Positions 63,421-64,000 of a stretch of DNA of 64,000 nt are shown piece by piece. Each line of letters starts with the position of its first letter. Position 1 is the stretch's first letter. The notes beneath the pieces are model-generated. The model ran no database searches. It saw only the letters and a program-made list of their open reading frames with translations, and was not told where the DNA came from. The position numbers and the translations under genes are program-made. Source of the stretch: Heterodontus francisci (lineage: Eukaryota); contig NC_090383.1 in the NCBI RefSeq assembly GCF_036365525.1, positions 120,406,531 through 120,470,530 on the forward strand. The letters are read 5' to 3'.

Positions 63421-64000
63421 AACGTCAGAAATGCTCCATCTATCAATATTGGCGACCACGCTCTGGAAGTGGTTCAAGAGTTCACCTACCTAGGCTCAAC
63501 TATCACCAGTAACCTGTCTCTCGATGCAGAAATCAACAAGCACATGGGAAAGACTTCCTCTGCTATGTCCAGACTGGCCAAGAGAGTGTGGGAAAATGGC
63601 GCACTGACACGGAACACAAAAGTCCGAGTGTATCAAGCCTGTGCCCTCAGTACCTTGCTCTATGGCAGCGAGGCCTGGACAACGTATGTCAGCCAAGAGC
63701 GACGTCTCAATTCATTCCATCTTCGCTGCCTCCAGAAAATCCTTGGCATCAGGTGGCAGGACCGTATCTCCAACACAGAAGTCCTCGAGGCTGTCAACAT
63801 CCCCAGCTTATACACACTACTGAGTCAGCGGCGCCTGAGATGGCTTGGCCATGTGAGCCGCATGGAAGATGGCAGGATCCCCAAAGACACATTGTACAGC
63901 GAGCTCGCCACTGGTATCAGACACACCGGCCGTCCATGTCTCCGCTTTAAAGACGTCTGCAAATGCGACATGAAGTCCTGTGACATTGATCACAAGTCGT
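63421..64000 (+). mobile_element. RTE-clade LINE ORF C-terminal region, open to the window end
   Basis: Frame from 63421: LEVVQEFTYLGSTI...LLYGSEAWTTY...LRWLGHVSRMEDGRIPKDTLYSEL, no stop codon before the edge, so missed by the ORF track. Confidence 0.9.

Overview
Eukaryotic, vertebrate genomic DNA, almost certainly from a cartilaginous fish (HE1/V-SINE, Deu-domain SINE, abundant CR1/L2 LINEs, L1-Tx1 and RTE fragments). Most ORFs in the supplied track are transposon debris or translated minisatellites. Two genic systems can be read by hand. (1) A complete, splice-consistent 8-coding-exon gene on the minus strand (47080->38579, 453 aa). It belongs to the ZNF395/ZNF704/SLC2A4RG family (C2H2 finger plus C-clamp), with a probable non-coding exon 1 and CpG promoter near 53.0-53.5 kb. 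It mixes ZNF395-like and ZNF704-like features and may be a fourth ohnolog. (2) A divergently oriented pair of paralogous germline-joined, single-exon 'VJ' immunoglobulin-superfamily domains: 15360-15706 (minus, pseudogenised) and 30747-31082 (plus, open). The minus copy is followed by candidate stalk exons, a clean transmembrane exon (10822-10953) and a candidate cytoplasmic exon (1597-1670), i.e. a non-rearranging antigen-receptor-like membrane receptor. Also present: short TSD-flanked insertions carrying minimal hammerhead ribozyme motifs, a 55-bp minisatellite born inside a CR1 ORF2, a 34-bp palindromic satellite, a 38-bp tandem repeat of splice donors, and Harbinger relics. All gene models were read by eye; family names rest on remembered consensus motifs, not database searches.
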